From Epithemia pelagica (lineage: Eukaryota > Protista > Bacillariophyta): a stretch of 64,000 nucleotides of DNA. Below the pieces are notes generated by a model, which was not told the DNA's origin, did not search any database, and worked only from the letters and a program-made list of their open reading frames with translations. Below, piece after piece: positions 1 through 11,224 of this stretch; position 1 is the stretch's first letter; each line of letters begins with the position of its first letter. The stretch is taken from positions 1,488,001-1,552,000 of the forward strand of contig OX337230.1 of the NCBI GenBank assembly GCA_946965045.2. The letters are read 5' to 3'. The translations under genes and the position numbers were made by a program.

Positions 1-455
1 TTCTGAACGGAGTGGAGGTTTGGTTTGTGTAAAAGTCGAGAAATTGCTTTTGGTGGGGTACCCCCAAGTAGGGGTGAGTGGTCGCATGTGTGTCGTGCTT
101 TTGGTAAATTTCGATCACTAATCCTCATGACTGACCTCCGCTGGGGGCTAGACGTGGGGGTGAGGGGAATAGTCTATTCTTCCAGCTGCCGCGCCTACCC
201 GCTAGGGTACGGTCGACCGACTGCCCTGGGACACCCGCTACTTTGGCAGCGGAATGGACTTTTCCGCTTTCAAAGTTGTCTTCCTATTCAGTACAGTGTG
301 ATTTCAGCGACTCCCTACAATACAATAAAAATTGTACTTAAGAATCCGATTTCCGTTGATTTCTTGTATTTAAGAACTTTGATCTTGAATCATGACCACT
401 ATTTATCATGACCGTTAATATAGGGCTTCGCTGAAATAAGCCGTGACCTGCTGGC

Positions 456-617
456 TCGAAACCAAGTCGAAACCACGACACGAACCCGAAACAAAGTCGA
501 AACAAAGTCGAAACAAACCGAAACAGGTCGAAACAAACCGAAACAAACCGAAACAAACCCGAAACAAACCCGAAACCCGAAACAAACTCGAAACCAAGCC
601 GGACAGACAGACAGATT
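456..617 (+). repeat. Degenerate tandem array of CGAAAC(AAA) units followed by (GACA)3
   Basis: Many copies of cgaaacaaa/cgaaacaaac/cgaaacc at 456-596, then ccggacagacagacaga at 599-615. Confidence 0.9.
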
Positions 618-751
618 AAACCTTAACTCTAATAAATTATTTTACCACCCTTCACACCTGCCATGCATCATGCGTCCTCTCGTAAGAAATGACAGTTGGC
701 ATGCTGCCACGATTCAAATTTTGGATGCTCCCTGACAAAAAATCTTGGCAT

Positions 752-802
752 ATCAACCATCAACCATCAACCATCAACCATCAACCATCAACCATCAACC
801 AT
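752..802 (+). repeat. (ATCAACC)7 heptanucleotide microsatellite
   Basis: Seven perfect ATCAACC units at 752-800. Confidence 0.95.
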
Positions 803-1425
803 GAAGTGAACGAATCCTAGCTACCTGACGCAGCCTTCTTGTGGGTTTCTTTCTAACATGCTGTTTTGTAGGAGTAGCTTTCTTCTGTCTCATTCAGGAT
901 AATAGTAGAGTGTTAATCTTCCAGAAAATTTCTTACTTCGTTGCAGCTTCTGTCTGCATTCAACATCACCATTACCCATAGCAACACCCTTGAAAATAGA
1001 CCAAAACCACAGCTCTGAACAAATCCTGTCGACTCTGTGGTCCATAGAGACGAGGATTAGACTGCTCTAGATAATATTGAAAACTTGGAGTAGTGGCAAG
1101 ATGAATAAAATGGGGCATGTCTTCTTTGTTTGTATCCGACACAACAAAGTATTCAGTCGTCTACAGGAACAATGAATGAGACTAACAAAATGATGATAGT
1201 GAGAAATCCATGCTATAGAAGATAAGGAAGCAGCCAACAAGCAATCTAACATTTCTACAAATAAGGCAAGGAAGATTTGTGACGGCTGGCCTACTAAAAT
1301 GGCTCGTCCTTCACTTGAGAAAGGCAAAATCAAAAACCAAACATCAAAAGGGACAATGCGAGGGACTAAATTGATAATTTATGAGCATATGTATCCTCTA
1401 AATGGGAAGGAACCAAGCTACTCCT

Positions 1426-2160
1426 TGTTAGGATTCTCACCTTTAACTAGGTGGTGGTGGAATCTACAACACATCGACTGATGCTAGTATTTTATGGCAT
1501 CCGATGACATTTTCCTAAAAGTGAGAAAGGAATGTTGGCATGCTCGCGAAACTATAAATTTGGCCATGGCATGCTTGCATTGCACTTGTTATCGGCGACC
1601 GCTCGGATATTAACTATGGCCCAACACGTGCGCGCCCAAAACCATCGAGTGCGCGCCTTGATTATCCGAGTACGCGCATCCACGATTCGACCTAACGGTC
1701 TATGTAATCAAAGCACAAATCACGATCACGCCAGACCATATCTCTGTTCCCACAAATCCAAGAATGCAAACAGCAACGCGCCCAGCACAAGACTTATACC
1801 ACGACAAAGCAAGAGCTGTTGCATCCCATACATGTTATCCATCACCCTATACATTCAATATACACCAATGCCGGTCTACTCCAACCAGTGAGGACCTATC
1901 ACACCAGATCCATGGCCGTATACAAGAGCCAGGACTTCAGCACCATCAATCACCTTAGTTAGTAATCGTCTCACAATCATTAACCATCACCATTTATCAC
2001 TTATCTCAAACAGTGGATCGACTGCCCCCTACGGCGGACCTTGACTTGCTCTCTTCTCTGACCCGTGGAGAAGTTAGTATCGATTGGTGATCTAGATTGT
2101 CCGCTCTCCGAGCAACCTACTACCTATTACCCTTCTGAATTCTCAATGAGAGTTCTGCTA
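1426..2160 (+). repeat. 5' LTR of element 1 (TG...TA termini)
   Basis: Direct repeat of 5808-6542; begins TGTTAGGATTCTC, ends GAGAGTTCTGCTA. Confidence 0.93.
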
Positions 2161-2180
2161 GATTAACAGTCTCATCGCTC
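2161..2180 (+). promoter_or_regulatory. Primer-binding site of element 1, complementary to a tRNA-Asn(GUU) anticodon arm
   Basis: Abuts the 5' LTR. Its reverse complement is GAGCG-A-TGAGA-CTGTTAA-TC, resembling a D-stem 3' strand plus anticodon stem and loop with GTT. The first 14 nt are identical in element 2. Confidence 0.75.
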
Positions 2181-2629
2181 ATTGCCCTGCAGTCGCATTG
2201 GAGATCATACTTACCCATCTACATTCAGTACAGATTGAGCTACACCATCAACAAGAGTAAGAGGACAAAGCTACCCAACCCAACACTAGGGCCAGCCTGG
2301 CTAAGGCTAGGGTCACCAACCCTCTCCTATTCCAGGACCTCAAGCTGGACCAGAACTCCGTGCATACTCACCTGACCAGTACTTTGTGGAGGACTACGAG
2401 CAAGACGAGGAAGCTACCACTATTCCTGACTCCCCGGTTCAACTCGATCACCGCAACGAGTCCAGAAGTGACCTAGGATAAGTAACTTTAAGTAGTTTCC
2501 ACAACAAACCAGAGACAAAACCGAGTTCCGCACATCCGGATTCCAAGCACAACACACATCCGGGTACTAACATACGTGGCACACACGTGGTACATCCGGG
2601 TCCTTATCACACCACACATTAAATAAACA

Positions 2630-5600
2630 ATGAACCAACCATATACTACCATGGATCCAACACACCCCAAGACACCTTCTCTTCCTTCTGACGACTCAGT
2701 ACCGTCTGACATATCAGATACACAAGTGTTCAATCATATCACCCAAAATCTATTTGAATGTGATGAAGAACGAGCTCAAGCCCTTGAGCTCAAGCCCTTC
2801 ATCAATGGATAAAACATAGTGGTTTCGAACACATTCTGAATGTCATCGACTATCTTGCAGTCAATCCAGAAAAGAATATCAAGGACCTTGGACAATACAA
2901 GTATGGGAACAAGACGATGGACCTGAAGACATATAAAAGGCATCAACTGAAGATCCTAGCATATTGGTCACGAGAACAAACCTCAACCCTGCAGCAGTCT
3001 GATTTACCTCGCTCTACCTGGTTGAACCTCACCAAGGCCAATTATGATCATTGGAGAATCAATGCAGACTTCACCAAGCTTCGTCTGAACCAAGGTTGCA
3101 TTTCGTCATTTCGTTTAGCAAAAAGAGAGGTGCTGCGTCTTAACAACTACATCTCCAATCTTCGTCTTGATGATTCATGGCATGGCACAACCTATCAGTT
3201 TCTTCTACACTTTCAACACCAGTTCCATCTTCTCAACAATCTGGGATCAATGTTTGATCACATTCCTGGCCACTCCACTAGGATGACCTACCTGATGAAA
3301 GCCGTTGAAAAGGTACCAGATTTACGACAAGTCAACATCTCGTCTGGTGCAAAGACACTTTGTTACGAATCATATTTCCGTCTTCTCCTTGATGCCGCAT
3401 ATGATCATGACCGAGCAACTCGATCACCAAAGTCGAACCGATGTAAGCATACCAAGCAACGTGGCTTTCGACATGACCAAGATTTTGATATCAATAATCG
3501 ATCACCCAAAGAAATGCACCACAGGATTAAGAGAACTAATATGAAGACCAAGGATTCATCTTCGCTTCCAAAGATCAGTCTTCCAAGAGATCTGTGGAAG
3601 AAATTCACTAACAATAGTCGTCAAGTAATCATTGCGTACAACAATGAGTCTACCCAGAATGCATCAACAACAACTGCATGGAAGGAACAGACACATACTC
3701 TTGACATTGATCCGGAACCTGATCCTGACCCTGGTAGTACACGGATTGACGACATGATTCAACATAATTCCCAAAACCATCAAGATAATCTATCTGATCT
3801 TACTCATTTGATGTCCAATACCAAGGGAACATCCACCCTCAATGATTGTCTCGAGAACAACAACTGTAAACAGAAAGTTCAGATATCTCGACGTCTACTT
3901 TCTCGCATGTCTACTTTCTCCGACAACAATCAAATGACTGGCTTTATTCACTGGCATCTTGATCCCATGCAAGATACGGCACCTTCTTCCAGGACTGTTG
4001 AAAATGATGGCAATCCAAATGATGCTTTTGGGAAGTATAACACTCGTGTTGTCTGTAACCTCAACCTTCTCTTGGATTTACCTTATGATCATGGGCCTGA
4101 TAGACCCTCCTTCGTCACACCCCCACATGGAGAGTACCGTTCCAAACCATACCTCCAAGATCAGAACATGGCTGAGAACCGTTATCAGACCGTTAAGAGG
4201 ACAAGCTACGTCGTGACCATTTTGGGCCATATCCCTCTTGAGATCCTCAATGGTCGCCCACCCGGCATTACCCACCCACTTTTCTTCCTTATCTGGGACA
4301 AGGCCTACTCCTATACCGATTCTGATGCCCCCTCCCACCGTCCCTACCCTCCCTCTTTTGTCACGACACTTGGCTACTGGCTTGTTTTTGCCCCTCCTAT
4401 TGGTGATACTTTGTCTCTGGACACTCAAACCCTTTGTTACTCTGCCATTCTTCATGATGCACCCACGCAACCCAGCAACCTTTGTGTGGATACCTCTTCA
4501 GGGGAGGAGTCGCTTCCAAGTAAACCCAACGGCAAGCAAGCTGACATTGTTTTCATTTGTAGCAAAGGTGGAGATCCATCCACGCAAATTCCAACAATCC
4601 AACATGATGACACTATTGAACAAACCTTCCTTGTTTATGATCCAGAGGAAAATGGGGAGCAACGACAACCACAAAATGGGGAGCAAAGACAACCATCTCT
4701 TATCAGACGCGTCGTTGATTTAGAACAAGATGCTCTCAAGCAAGAAGAATGCATCAAGTACACTTTCTGTAAATCCATTTCCAACTTTGACAAGATAATC
4801 TCATACCGTCAACATATGGAATACATTAAACAGGACATCCAAGCACGGGCAACTGAAGATGACGTTTCCCAATTCAGAAATTTTGTCACACATCGTAGTA
4901 GCAACAATCCTGGCTACAAAGGAAGTCGCTGCAAGATACTTGTTGTTTGGGAGACTGGGGAGATCTATGAGCCTCTGTCACTCATGGTAAATGATGCCTA
5001 TGCCAAGAAACATGATCTATTGAATGAACTTGGATGGAAACATCGCAAGCATTTTGTCAAGACCAGTAAAGTCCTCGCTCAAGCTGCCAAACAGCAGTCA
5101 AGAATCAAGCAAGACCGTCATTCTGTCAAGGTAAACAAGGTTTATGGTCAAGCTCACTTCAACAGAGGAAAAACAATAATCGCGTCACCAGAAGAGTATC
5201 ACAAGAACATGATTCGAATCCATCTTGTAAAACGTGATGATAGTCGCCCAGCACTTCTCATCACAGACGAGGCTTTTACCAAAGAACCGGTTGAGGCAAT
5301 CTTTTTGTGTACTACTTCCATTCACAACTTCCATACAACCACCTGTCTTGGGATTCTCAATGATATGGATATATGGGGAGCAAAAGTTGAAAATGCACAC
5401 GACCCGGAAGCTTTATCTGGAGAGAAGATCTTGATAGTTGCAAGACAAGAACTCAAGGAATCAGGTCACATCTCGATTACGCACAGGGCCTCAAAGGGAT
5501 TAAAATCTTCAGGAGCATTTCGGCGTGACTGTTTCTTTGACATCCCAATTGATATGGATTTGTCACCAACTAAAGCAGATCCCAATGTTTGGATGAAGAA

Positions 5601-5832
5601 GGCACCTGGGGAGCATAGCTCAAAGGGCATCGACAAGACCTACCAACTCAAGAATGATGACTATGAGAACATCCAGGAGACATTCTCAGCAAGCATTGGA
5701 AATTCTCGAAAGTATGGACCATGTTCAAGATCATATTCTTCTGAGAAGGAACCGTTCAGAAGCATGACAAGGAAAATAACAATCCTCACTGGACAAATTG
5801 TGGGGAGTGTGAGGATTCTCACCTTTAACTAG
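2630..5832 (+). pseudogene. Degenerate copia gag-pol, disrupted by a 14-bp tandem duplication at 2772-2799
   Basis: Removing one GAGCTCAAGCCCTT copy fuses ORF 2630 to ORF 2917. Remnants: gag (LRLDDSWHGTTYQFLLHF), integrase (QNMAENRY), chromo-like (YKGSRCKILVVWETGE), RT (PTKADPNVWMK). No YVDD and no RNase H. Confidence 0.9.
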
Positions 5833-6542
5833 GTGGTGGTGGAATCTACAACACATCGACTGATGCTAGTATTTTATGGCATCCGATGACATTTTCCTAA
5901 AAGTGAGAAAGGAATGTCGGCATGCTCGCGAAACTATAAATTTGGCCATGGCATGCTTGCATTGCACTTGTTATCGGCGACCGCTCGGATATTAACTATG
6001 GCCCAACACGTGCGCGCCCAAAACCATCGAGTGCGCGCCTTGATTATCCGAGTACGCGCATCCACGATTCGACCTAACGGTCTATGTAATCAAAGCACAA
6101 ATCACGATCACGCGAGACCATATCTCTGTTCCCACAAATCCAAGAATGCAAACAGCAACGCGCCCAGCACAAGACTTATACCACGACAAAGCAAGAGCTG
6201 TTGCATCCCATACATGTTATCCATCACCCTATACATTCAATATACACCAATGCCGGTCTACTCCAACCAGTGAGGACCTATCACACCAGATCCATGGCCG
6301 TATACAAGAGCCAGGACTTCAGCACCATCAACCACCTTAGTTAGTAATCGTCTCACAATCATTAACCATCACCATTTATCACTTATCTCAAACAGTGGAT
6401 CGACTGCCCCCTACGGCGGACCTTGACTTGCTCTCTTCTCTGACCCGTGGAGAAGTTAGTATCGATTGGTGATCTAGATCGTCTGCTCTCCGAGCAACCT
6501 ACTACCTATTACCCTTCTGAATTCTCAATGAGAGTTTTGCTA
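5808..6542 (+). repeat. 3' LTR of element 1
   Basis: Begins TGTGAGGATTCTC after the PPT, ends GAGAGTTTTGCTA, followed by TSD CTCCT. Confidence 0.93.
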
Positions 6543-6751
6543 CTCCTAATCAACAAGGCTGCTTCAGGTCGCAAGATTCGTCAGCATTTCTCGCTCCATG
6601 GTCAAGATTTTTATGAGAGTCGAAACTCGAGAGTATCCCAACTTTTTTAAAAGCAAGACGCCAACCCGCCCTTACGACTTAGGAGTACGATGGAAGAATA
6701 CTTACAAAGACTCGTGGCAAGTGTTGCGGGCGGTAGACTTCACACATTAGA

Positions 6752-6787
<36 letters not shown>

Positions 6788-6920
6788 TCGGAACAAAGTT
6801 GAAACAAAGTCGAAACAAACCGAAACAAGTCGAAACAAACCGAAACAAAGTCGAAACAAAGTCGAAACCAGCCGTTAAATACGGGACCAACCCGAAACCA
6901 GACATGACACAAACTCGAAA
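6752..6920 (+). repeat. (GTCT)~9 microsatellite followed by a second CGAAAC array
   Basis: gtct repeats at 6752-6787, then gaaacaaagtcgaaacaaaccgaaac units of the same type as 456-596. Confidence 0.9.
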
Positions 6921-7420
6921 CATTTAGCGATTATCCCAATCCACGACTCAGTTGCGACATTGAAAAAGAAATAGTTAACATAATTTTTTGTTTTGAGCAC
7001 GTGTCCCTACATTACTATACTAAGAGTACAGAAAATAAAGCTAGCTAGCTAAAACAGCGATCATCCCTAGCTACCCAGTTGCCGGAATAGGTAAAATTCT
7101 CAAGTGGGAACCAAAATCACGGGTTGCCTGGCGCCATTACTCTCGGAATCATGGAGGGGGGACAGCCCGCTTGTGACAAGGGGCCACCTAGACGAACCGC
7201 TTTTCGGGCCCAGACGTGGGGGTGAGTAAGAGTTTGCACACCAAAAGCACGACACACATGCGACCCGACCACTCGCCCGTACGCGCAGCATCCGACCACC
7301 ATCGCTGAAACTCTCGAACCATTCGAACCCGTAGGACAGTACTATAATGCCATCTCCCCAGACGAAAGCATCACCTCCGTTCACGAGCTGAGCGACACTA
7401 GGTTTCGACAGCTCTTCGAT

Positions 7421-9059
7421 GTGGAGGAAGTCTTCACCTTGAGCGACCTGCTTGGCGTGAGCAGCGGAGGCGTCAGTACAAAAAATCCTGTTCCAGATGG
7501 TTGGACCACGCGCATAGGCGATGCTCTTCGAGACGTCACCAGCAGTGAACTTCACATGAATGCAGTCTTACAAAATGCATTGAAGGAAGCACCTGGTGTC
7601 GCAGGGTTAGGTACCGAATATCAAAGCAAAACCGCGAAGATGGAAGAGGAAGACGACGACGAAGACCGCCCACTCAGGGTGAAAGAAAGATACATTCGAA
7701 ATCTGTTCGCTGACTGTTACGACGACAAATGCTACAACAGTTTGGAAAGAATGAACGGCTTACCTATCACTCTCAAATGCCAACCCGATTTTGCGGTGTG
7801 GACGAAGGGTGGACAGGGAATGGTGATCACGTGCGAGGGAAAGAATGCACAAAACTATGTCTTGCACAACGCTGTTCGACAATGTGCTTCCTACATGTTA
7901 GTGCACTTATTTTACTGGGTCGCTACAAAATCCAAGCTGGTAGAGAGTGTGTACGGAGTCGCAGTGGCTGGTATAAAATGCAAGGACATGTCGCAAAAAA
8001 ATTTATGCTGTGGTGCTGATGTCTATGTCGCTTCCTTCTGTGATCGGGGGCATGCTCAGGATCAAGAAGTACGCGGTCCCCTTGAACTCCTTAGAGGAAT
8101 TGTGGACTTTCACGAACTTCGTTTGCGAAAAAACTCCTGGCTCGACTCCTGATTTACTCGTTGGCGGCGGTCGTCCAGCATGTCTGCAGGCACCATTGGA
8201 GCTATTACGGACAAAACCCAACGGCTGGACCATGGTCGAGAATGGCACGGCCAATCTTGTCATTTGCGTAGATCAAGAGCAAGGATGGACCACTATTGGG
8301 GATTTCTTCGAAGATCCTTCGATGGAGCGCATGACGGAAAAACTTCACGGAAAACAGGTCAACTACCCTTTCTATTTCAAGTCGAAGAACTACCTTGCAA
8401 CCGACGACCCCCAGAATGTGATGTTTTACTTTTCCACAGAGGGCGTTCAACTGAAGTCTTTTTTGGACGTACAAGTGTACTTAATACCACCAAGCCCAAC
8501 AACTGCGGGTCTGTACATCTTGATGAAAAGGGTGGGGACTCCGTTTCGCGCATTCCACACTTTTCCATGGGGCTTACAGGGTTTTGCTGGTGCTTTTGAT
8601 ACTTTTGCAAATTGTGTCCTTGCTTGTCAGAAGGAATCGAGGCTCGTCCACGGGGACATTCATATGGGCAATTTGCTCATCGATGAGCAACATCAACTGC
8701 GCTTAATCGACTACGATGAGGTTCGCTACAATCGACTTACTGTACGCACCCCGCGAACGGATCAGGATCGTCAGAGGTTTGTAAACAACCAAGCGCTTGC
8801 CAATGACTTTGTTCAGTTCACGAAGAACCAGTTGTTGCAGCTTTTTGTCGAGTGCTGGCGACGAGTACGGAGGATGTCGGGTGAAGACTCAGTCGCAGAT
8901 ATTCGTGTTACTACAGTGGAGGGAGATTTCCACCTTTGTTTCACTGATGGGCAGAGTCCTGATGCATCAGCTGTGGATGATCTCTTTGACAGGTTTCGTG
9001 AAGTTCTTCGTGACATTTCTACAGGCAAACTCAATGCTAACACGTCGGTTCTGTCCTAA
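7421..9059 (+). pseudogene. Crinkler(CR)-like PD-(D/E)xK nuclease-fold plus protein-kinase-fold gene, split by a +1 frameshift at an A7 run (about 7995-8001)
   Basis: ORF 7421-8152 has QPDFAVW...CEGKN...RQCASY. ORF 8010-9059 has LVHGDIHMGNLLID and LIDYDE. Deleting one A in TCGCAAAAAAATTT gives a continuous SQKIYAVVLMSMSLP. The frame is open back to 7226, so the true start may lie further upstream. Confidence 0.65.
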
Positions 9060-10146
9060 AACAAAGGCGGCCACGCTCCTGCTGCCGCCTCAAGTCCTAA
9101 TGCGAGGACGCTGGAAAGTTAAGAGAAGAACGATCGCAATCGCAAGAAAATAGAAGAAGAAACACTGAGTGTAGCAACGAATTTTATGTGTGGTGCTTCA
9201 TTGTTGCGAGGGTCCTGTCGGAATGTCTTTGCTGAATGCTAGAAGAACTCGTCGCATGCTGCATGGCACCCATAAGGGAATGATCACTTTGCAGCTGGCT
9301 TTGAATCCCCTTCCTTGGTACCAGGAGCAGGAGGAGGTAGAACGTCGCTCTCATCGGAGGACGACTCGCACGATTCGTGCGATGTCATACGATGTGGACG
9401 ATGATTCTAAAGACGACTCCTGTTCCACGTCCTTACCAGCAACCGTGGTCCAACTTGATCTTCCGACAAAGTTTGTTTTTCCTTTTTGCAACAGCTGATT
9501 TCAACTTGTTGTCCTGGATTTTCCCACAAACAGGGTTCACGTCCCACAAACGAAAACCATCTCTGGGAAGATCCTACAAAAGCTTTGAATTCTGATTTGT
9601 TTTTCCGAATCTGCAGGGGGGAACGAAATCCTGCAAATCAACGCACTATCAGCGGGATTAATCCCACAGATTCTACCATGCAACACAGATTTGCAGACCA
9701 AGCGTTATTTTCCCGCACATTCGACCTGTTTGTAGGAAAGAGGTTATTTTCCCACACATCTGTTGCAACGGCCCACATTTTCTCGCCAAAATTCACGCGG
9801 AAGCATTCCCGATCTCAAGTGGATTGGAAACTCGAATACTCAAACACGCCTCGAATTCATTTCAGCAGGGGCTTTGTGGTTCTGTCGTTCAATCGAAAAG
9901 TGACAACACGATAGAAAAACCATTCTCTCCCCACGGTTGATTCTCATCATTGCACGATTCTCAAACATGGCGAATCGTAGGGTGCCGTCTTTCGTTCCAC
10001 GAGGTGCGGTATCACAGACTCGGGGTGACAGTGCCCGACCAGTTATGCTCACCTCAAGGAGATAAATCTCTTGGTGAGCAAATAATTATCTCCCATAAGT
10101 AGCTCCTATGCGAGCTACTGCATATCCATGGACTTGACATGGGAAT

Positions 10147-10536
10147 ATGAATGCCTCATGGCGTGCAAAGAGTCAGCTTATGACCAATCCATGGTTGGGA
10201 ATCCAATGGCAATCTGTTTCCGGTGTGCCTAATCGTGGAAAAGTTGAATTCATTCCAAAGAACAGTGAAACATGCCAGATGAAAGTATATATTGCCATAA
10301 TCCCACCTCGTGTTTTGAATCCACTTTTTCGGAGAGCAAAGTCTCTCGTTTTGGAAGACTTCATAAGTAACTCGATTGTCAAGTGGTCATTGGAAATGTT
10401 TCGAGACGTGGTAAAAGCGGATTTAGCTATCGAAAGTGGAGATGTGGAGCTGGGTGATGCATTGTACGGAGCAGTAGAAGGCAAAGCAACAGCGATCGAA
10501 GAAACGCTGAAATTTTCCTCAAAGACGGGCGAGTGA
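10147..10536 (+). CDS. SRPBCC/polyketide-cyclase-like protein, C-terminal part (5' exon not found; possibly truncated)
   Basis: SWRAKS...IQWQSVSGVPNRGKVEF matches the START/cyclase-dehydrase pattern. In-frame stop at 10135. Confidence 0.55.
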   Translation: MNASWRAKSQLMTNPWLGIQWQSVSGVPNRGKVEFIPKNSETCQMKVYIAIIPPRVLNPLFRRAKSLVLEDFISNSIVKWSLEMFRDVVKADLAIESGDVELGDALYGAVEGKATAIEETLKFSSKTGE

Positions 10537-11224
10537 AGAGAAAGCCTGCCCGACACGCTGGTGTCCATCGTTGGGTTCGGACAAGGCCTGAGAAAAGACC
10601 TTTGTTCTTGGTCCCTCAATGGATTCGTCACATGATGGACTGCTTAGATGTCTTGCTGCCCAAAAGTGCTCACGAAAGCAAGCGACAGATCTTCTTCAGA
10701 TCCCCCTTTAGGTCACTCAGTTGAATATTAACGAAGACACTGATGATAATCCATATATATGTCATGTTTGCTCTAGACTTCGGACAACCCTAAATTGAGA
10801 CTCTGCAGACCATGGGGGACATATAATGAGCCTATGCTCTCTGAGAGATACCTATTATGCATTGAGAACAAAAATAGAAAAGGAAGGCATGAGTTTTCAA
10901 CCCTACAAATATTCTAGTAGCTCTGCCCCGCGTCGCAATAGCTACTAGCAATGACAGGAATACGGTTACTCTTTCGTCGCAACGTCCAGACTATGGTCTG
11001 AACTATGGTCAACCTTGATAGCTTTAAGCTTTCGAATCGACTGGTTGGAGGAGTTCTTCTCCCACCTCTAAGTATCCAGGATCAAGGGTATAACAGCGAT
11101 CATGTTAGGATACCACTTCAAGCTCGAAATCGGATTCAAGCTATTGGTCGTGTGACCGGACCCGAAGAACCAATCATACTGAGAGATAAAAAAGGATTGT
11201 TCACGACAAGGTTGAACATCCCGT

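Larger units (their letters stand above)
1426..6542 (+). mobile_element. Ty1/copia (CoDi-like) LTR retrotransposon, internally deleted, non-autonomous (element 1)
   Basis: 735-bp LTRs at 1426-2160 and 5808-6542 (about 9 differences by eye); CTCCT TSD at 1421-1425 and 6543-6547; purine tract GGGGAG just before the 3' LTR; PBS GATTAACAGTCTCA at 2161; internal ORF has fragments homologous to the element at 37.3-45.0 kb. Confidence 0.95.

Noticed and set aside
456-600. CRISPR-like or telomeric reading of the CGAAAC arrays
   Set aside because: No unique spacers and no cas genes; the units are degenerate, interstitial and unlike TTAGGG-type telomeres.
1532-1958. ORFs inside the LTRs (also 5914-6340, 37505-37774 and 44688-44957)
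   Set aside because: Short motif-less ORFs duplicated only because the LTRs are duplicated.
2161-2180. tRNA gene
   Set aside because: Only an anticodon-arm complement is present, with no acceptor or T arm. No tRNA or rRNA gene was recognised in the window.
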